Origin: Candidatus Woesearchaeota archaeon | GTDB lineage: Archaea; Nanobdellota; Nanobdellia; Woesearchaeales; WJKL01 | Length of the DNA: 37,689 nt | Assembly: GCA_036481345.1 (NCBI GenBank) | Contig: JAZGHU010000012.1 | Coordinates: 1 to 37,689, forward strand | Direction of reading: 5' to 3' | Shown: positions 33,713 to 37,689 of the stretch, piece after piece | Layout: every line of letters begins with the position of its first letter | How positions within the stretch are numbered: position 1 is the stretch's first letter | Notes under the pieces: model-generated | What the model was told of the DNA's origin: nothing | Seen by the model: only the letters and a program-made list of their open reading frames with translations | Database searches by the model: none | Position numbers and translations under genes: made by a program

Positions 33713-34846
33713 ATGAGGGGGAAATTAATTTTATTTGTTTTATTTGCAGTTTTATTTAGTTCTATGACTTTTGCTGAACCTGTTCCTGAACTATATGGGG
33801 TTCAAGGAGGGATTGTTGATATTGTATATTTTTATGGAAGCACTTGTCCTCATTGTGCTGATCTTGAAATTTTTCTGGAGGAGTTAGAAGAGAAATATGA
33901 ACTTAATATTGTTGGATTTGAAGTTTATGGAAATGAGACTAATCGAGATCTTGCTTCTAAGATGGCAGTAGAATATGATGATAGTTTTAGAGGAGTTCCA
34001 ATGACTTTTATTGGAGACAAATCTTTTGTAGGATTTAGTGATGAAATAGGGGGGAAAATTGAATCTCAGATACAAAATTGTTTAGAGACTTGTTGTGATA
34101 GTCCTTTGGAAACTTTGGGAGAATGTGCTGCTGGAGAATCTACTAAAGAAAAATTAACTTTTACATCTGTTGTTGCATTAGCTGCAGCAGATTCTGTTAA
34201 TCCTTGTGCTTTAGCTATTTTGACAATGGCTTTGATCGCCTTACTTGTTCAAGATCCTAAAAAGAAAAAAAATGTTATCTATGGGGGGTTGGCGTTTACA
34301 GCTGCAGTGTTTTTTACTTACATATTTTATGGATTAGTTATTGTACAATTGTTTAAAACAATAGCTGTTTATTTTGCTGCTGCAAGCAAAGTAGTTAGGA
34401 TTATATTTGCATTGTTAGCAATATTATTAGGATTGATGAATATTAAAGATTATTTCAAATATAAACCTGGAACAATTGGAACTGAGATGCCTATGTTTAT
34501 GAGGCCGATTGCAAAGAATCTGATTAAGAATATTACAAGACCGCGCGGAGCATTTATTATTGGAATTTTAGTTACTGTATTTTTGCTACCATGCACTATT
34601 GGACCTTATATTGTTGTTGGAAATATTTTATCTGGCTTTGATTTAATCAAGTATTTGCCTTGGCTACTTCTTTACAATTTGATATTTGTGCTGCCTATGT
34701 TAGGAATAACTTTCTTTGTTTACTTTGGCTATACAACTGTCGAGAAAGTAAGCGGATGGAAAGAAGGCAATGTTAAGAAGATGCACCTTGTAGCTGGAAT
34801 TGTTTTATTGTTGTTAGGAATAGCTATGCTGTTTGGATGGATCTAG
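33713..34846 (+). CDS. Thioredoxin/glutaredoxin domain fused to a CcdA/DsbD-like transmembrane domain
   Basis: Signal peptide, FYGSTCPHC, GVP cis-Pro loop; TM domain with DSVNPCA and LPCT. Confidence 0.88.
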   Translation: MRGKLILFVLFAVLFSSMTFAEPVPELYGVQGGIVDIVYFYGSTCPHCADLEIFLEELEEKYELNIVGFEVYGNETNRDLASKMAVEYDDSFRGVPMTFIGDKSFVGFSDEIGGKIESQIQNCLETCCDSPLETLGECAAGESTKEKLTFTSVVALAAADSVNPCALAILTMALIALLVQDPKKKKNVIYGGLAFTAAVFFTYIFYGLVIVQLFKTIAVYFAAASKVVRIIFALLAILLGLMNIKDYFKYKPGTIGTEMPMFMRPIAKNLIKNITRPRGAFIIGILVTVFLLPCTIGPYIVVGNILSGFDLIKYLPWLLLYNLIFVLPMLGITFFVYFGYTTVEKVSGWKEGNVKKMHLVAGIVLLLLGIAMLFGWI

Positions 34847-35466
34847 AGTCTTCCTTTTCTAAGATATTCTTCAATATCTCTTTCATTCATGTGTGTTTTA
34901 TTTGAATTAAATTTTACATTAAAAGTTTTCTTTTCTTTTCTTATAATTTTAGCATAAATTAATCCAAATACGGCTCCTGCTAAATGGGCTGCTACTGCAA
35001 TATGCGAGAAAACAAAAAAATCTAAGAATGCAAATAGGACAAGAACCTGCCATAAGGGCATTGCAATTGGCAAAAATAAAGGAGATACTTTAAGTTCTGG
35101 AACTATTATTATAAGCATCCCAAGAATACCATATATTGCTCCGCTTGCTCCTAATGCTCTTGGATAGAAAAAACTAGCTGCAAGTGCTGCAACAATTCCT
35201 GATATAAAATATAAGAAAAGAAATCTTTTTGCCCCTATTCTACTTTCTAATAATGAACCAAACATAAATAAGATATACATATTGAAAAATAAGTGGGCAA
35301 GGCCTCCGTGAAGAAACATTGAAGTAAGAAGAATCCAAGGTCTAACTAGGATATCAGATGAAATCAGCATAAATGATTCTGTGAAGCTAGACCCAAGAAC
35401 AATTTGCAGAATAAATGCTACAATATTAATTGTAATTAATGGAATTACAGCATTTCTAAATTTCAT
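34843..35466 (-). CDS. Rhomboid intramembrane serine protease
   Basis: PW..LTSMFLH, HLFFNM, GASGA (catalytic Ser), AHLAG (catalytic His). Confidence 0.95.
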   Translation of the reverse strand: MKFRNAVIPLITINIVAFILQIVLGSSFTESFMLISSDILVRPWILLTSMFLHGGLAHLFFNMYILFMFGSLLESRIGAKRFLFLYFISGIVAALAASFFYPRALGASGAIYGILGMLIIIVPELKVSPLFLPIAMPLWQVLVLFAFLDFFVFSHIAVAAHLAGAVFGLIYAKIIRKEKKTFNVKFNSNKTHMNERDIEEYLRKGRL

Positions 35467-35584
35467 AATTCTTAGAAGTTTAAATAGTTTTAAAACCTTT
35501 GCTTTTAAGATTTATTCTGGCTTGCTGCAAGCTATATTTTAGAGTATGTAAATATTTTTATAAACTTCTTCTTCTATTTTTAGA

Positions 35585-37288
35585 ATGAGGGGGGAAGAAA
35601 TTTTAAAGAAAGTAGTGGATAAATCTAGTGGTGAATTCTATACTCCTCTTCCTGAAGGGTATAAGATTGGGAAGATAAAGTATATCATTGTTGCAGGAAG
35701 TGTTATGAGCGGCTCTGGAAAAGGAATATTCTCTTCTTCTCTTGCTAAATTGTTGCAATATGCTGGATTAAAAGTAAGTCCTATTAAAATAGATGGTTAT
35801 CTTAATCAAGATGCTGGGACATTAAATCCATTCAGGCATGGAGAAGTTTTTGTCTTGGATGATGGTATGGAATGTGACATGGATTTAGGAAGTTATGAGA
35901 GATTTTTGGATATGGAATTGAGCAAAGAGAATTACTTGACTGCTGGAATGATTTTTGACAGGATATTGAAAAGAGAGAGAAAAGGGAATTATCTTGGAAG
36001 AGATGTACAGTTTATACCTCATGTTACTGGAGAAATTAAAAAAGTTTTGCGTGAATTGGGGATGAAGCAGAAAGCAGATGTTGTCGTAGTTGAGATTGGA
36101 GGGACAATTGGAGATTTTGAAAATGCTTATGTGATTGAGGCTATGAGGGAATTGATGTATGAAGAAGGCAAAGGAAATGTCTGTTTTATCAATGTAAGTT
36201 ATATTGTAGAGCCTTCTAGTTTAGGAGAACAGAAAAGCAAACCAGCACAGTTAGGATTAGAAAGATTAAGAGGATTAGGGATACAGCCAAATATTATGGT
36301 CTGTAGATCTGAGAATCCTATCAGTCATAGCATAAGAGAGAAATTAAGTGTTTATTCTAATGTTCCTGTTGAGAATGTAGTTGGATTACATAACACTCCA
36401 ACTGTTTATGGTGCACCACTTCTTTTGAAAGATATGAAAGTAGATGAAAAAGTGATGAATCTGCTTGGATTATATAGGATGTTTAGCATGGCAAGGCAGA
36501 AAAGAGAGATGGTCAAGTGGAAGGAATTTGTTGAACAGTATAGGTCAACTGAAAAGAAAGTTGTTATAGGGATTGCTGGAAAATATACTGGGTTGAATGA
36601 TTCTTATGCTTCAATTTTAAAAGCTCTTGAACATGCTGCTACTCATAATAATGCCAAGGTTAAGATAAAATATATTGAGACTACTAAAATAGAAGATGGA
36701 GAGTTGGATGTTTCTGATGCTCTATCTGATGTTGATGGATTGATTGTTCCTGGTGGTTTTGGGAAAAGAGGAACAGAAGGAAAGATAAAATGTGTTGAAT
36801 ATATCAGAGAGAATAATATTCCTTTCTTAGGATTGTGTTTTGGATTTCAGATGGCTGTGATCGAGTTTATCAGGAATAAATGTGGAATGAAGAATGCACA
36901 TTCTACTGAGATTGAACCAAGATGCCTATATCCTGTTATTGATATCCTTCCTGAGCAGAAAAAGATTGAAGGATTAGGGGGCAATATGAGATTAGGAGGG
37001 CAGGATGTTGAAGTTAAAAAAGGGACTAATGCTTATGATCTTTATGGTGGAGATATTAGACTTCGCTTTAGGCATAGATATGAAGTAAATCCAAAATATA
37101 TCAAATTGTTAGAGAAGCATGGATTGGTGTTTTCAGGGAAGGCTCCTAACTATGATATAATGCAGATTCTTGAATTGCCTAATTTGAAATATTTCCTGGC
37201 AACACAAGCTCATCCTGAATTTAATTCTAGGCCTTTGAAGCCTGAACCTTTGTTTGATGGTTTTATCAAGGCAATATTGGTAAATTGA
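35585..37288 (+). CDS. pyrG: CTP synthase
   Basis: KIDGYLNQDAGT, HGEVFV, DLGSYERF, EIGGTIGD, PGGFG, GLCFG, RHRYEVN, HPEF. Confidence 0.97.
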   Translation: MRGEEILKKVVDKSSGEFYTPLPEGYKIGKIKYIIVAGSVMSGSGKGIFSSSLAKLLQYAGLKVSPIKIDGYLNQDAGTLNPFRHGEVFVLDDGMECDMDLGSYERFLDMELSKENYLTAGMIFDRILKRERKGNYLGRDVQFIPHVTGEIKKVLRELGMKQKADVVVVEIGGTIGDFENAYVIEAMRELMYEEGKGNVCFINVSYIVEPSSLGEQKSKPAQLGLERLRGLGIQPNIMVCRSENPISHSIREKLSVYSNVPVENVVGLHNTPTVYGAPLLLKDMKVDEKVMNLLGLYRMFSMARQKREMVKWKEFVEQYRSTEKKVVIGIAGKYTGLNDSYASILKALEHAATHNNAKVKIKYIETTKIEDGELDVSDALSDVDGLIVPGGFGKRGTEGKIKCVEYIRENNIPFLGLCFGFQMAVIEFIRNKCGMKNAHSTEIEPRCLYPVIDILPEQKKIEGLGGNMRLGGQDVEVKKGTNAYDLYGGDIRLRFRHRYEVNPKYIKLLEKHGLVFSGKAPNYDIMQILELPNLKYFLATQAHPEFNSRPLKPEPLFDGFIKAILVN

Positions 37289-37324
37289 CGAAGGTTTATA
37301 AGCAATATTTATTTCTTATTTTGT

Positions 37325-37689
37325 ATGAAAGAGATAATAATCCCTGCAAAATTTACTCAGGTTAATAAAATCGATTATCCTTTTGTAGAGCAAAAACTTC
37401 CTTATTTATTGGATGAGAATTTTGAAGTAAATGATCTTGAAGACATAAATAAATTTTTGCAAGAAGATGATGAGATAATTGACCAATATCTAAACAGTAA
37501 AGAGTATCCTGGTGGATGTATGGGAATTTCAAAATTAGTTGAATCTCAAATGAAAAAGAAAGGATTACATGCACTAAGAATAGCTGGTCCAGTTTATATG
37601 CAAGTGGGATATGAGGAAAACTTCCCTTTTGAATATGTTCTATCTTTTAGTTTTGGCTTGGGCATAGCTGCTTCTGAAACATATCATGA
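37325..37689 (+). CDS. Partial gene running off the right edge; possible transglutaminase/papain-like protein
   Basis: ATG 37325 is open to the window end (MKEIIIPAKF...YPGGCMGISKLVESQMKKKGLHALRIAG...ETYH); TATA ggtttataag upstream. Confidence 0.7.
   Translation, partial: MKEIIIPAKFTQVNKIDYPFVEQKLPYLLDENFEVNDLEDINKFLQEDDEIIDQYLNSKEYPGGCMGISKLVESQMKKKGLHALRIAGPVYMQVGYEENFPFEYVLSFSFGLGIAASETYH

Noticed and set aside
35520-35532. Short palindrome gcttg-ctg-caagc between rhomboid and pyrG
   Set aside because: The stem is short and its loop and closing pair differ from the triloop family; it could be chance.
1565-37574. Many short ORFs in the track antisense to or nested in well-supported genes (e.g. 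1565..1774, 7139..7510, 10209..10622, 20618..20884, 26871..27263, 29139..29441, 37362..37574)
   Set aside because: Shadow frames of conserved genes with Ser/Phe/Ile-rich antisense composition and no motifs.

Overview
AT-rich archaeal chromosomal segment. The gene content (Dim2/Pno1-top6B-top6A, TrmI, ABCE1, intron-containing tRNAs, COG1361 proteins, TATA-box promoters, many short or absent leaders) fits a DPANN archaeon, probably Woesearchaeota; this assignment is inference. It holds an information-processing block (dim2, top6B/A, tRNA-Arg and tRNA-Cys with introns, trmI), a sugar-activation block (SemiSWEET, NTP-transferase, phosphohexomutase, divergent wHTH regulator), ABCE1 and an atypical radical SAM enzyme. 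Next come an orphan operon running into GH15/GT2/PHP genes, a large convergent alpha-glucan/glycogen operon (GT4, GH57, two DUF5752-like proteins, GT3 glycogen synthase, GalT-like, GH133), a MacB/LolCDE-type ABC module with a COG1361 protein, membrane-anchored surface proteins, a stand-alone CARF-like protein, a thioredoxin-CcdA fusion, a rhomboid and pyrG. Reading the sequence directly adds five micro-ORFs missing from the ORF track: three ribbon-helix-helix proteins, two of them with phased direct-repeat arrays over their promoters, and two Cys-rich microproteins. It also shows a structured non-coding region at 200-390 and a dispersed family of C-NNN-G triloop DNA hairpins in one strand orientation, one of them in-frame inside a gene. 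I saw no CRISPR array, transposase or integrase. All family calls come from motif recognition by eye; no searches were run.
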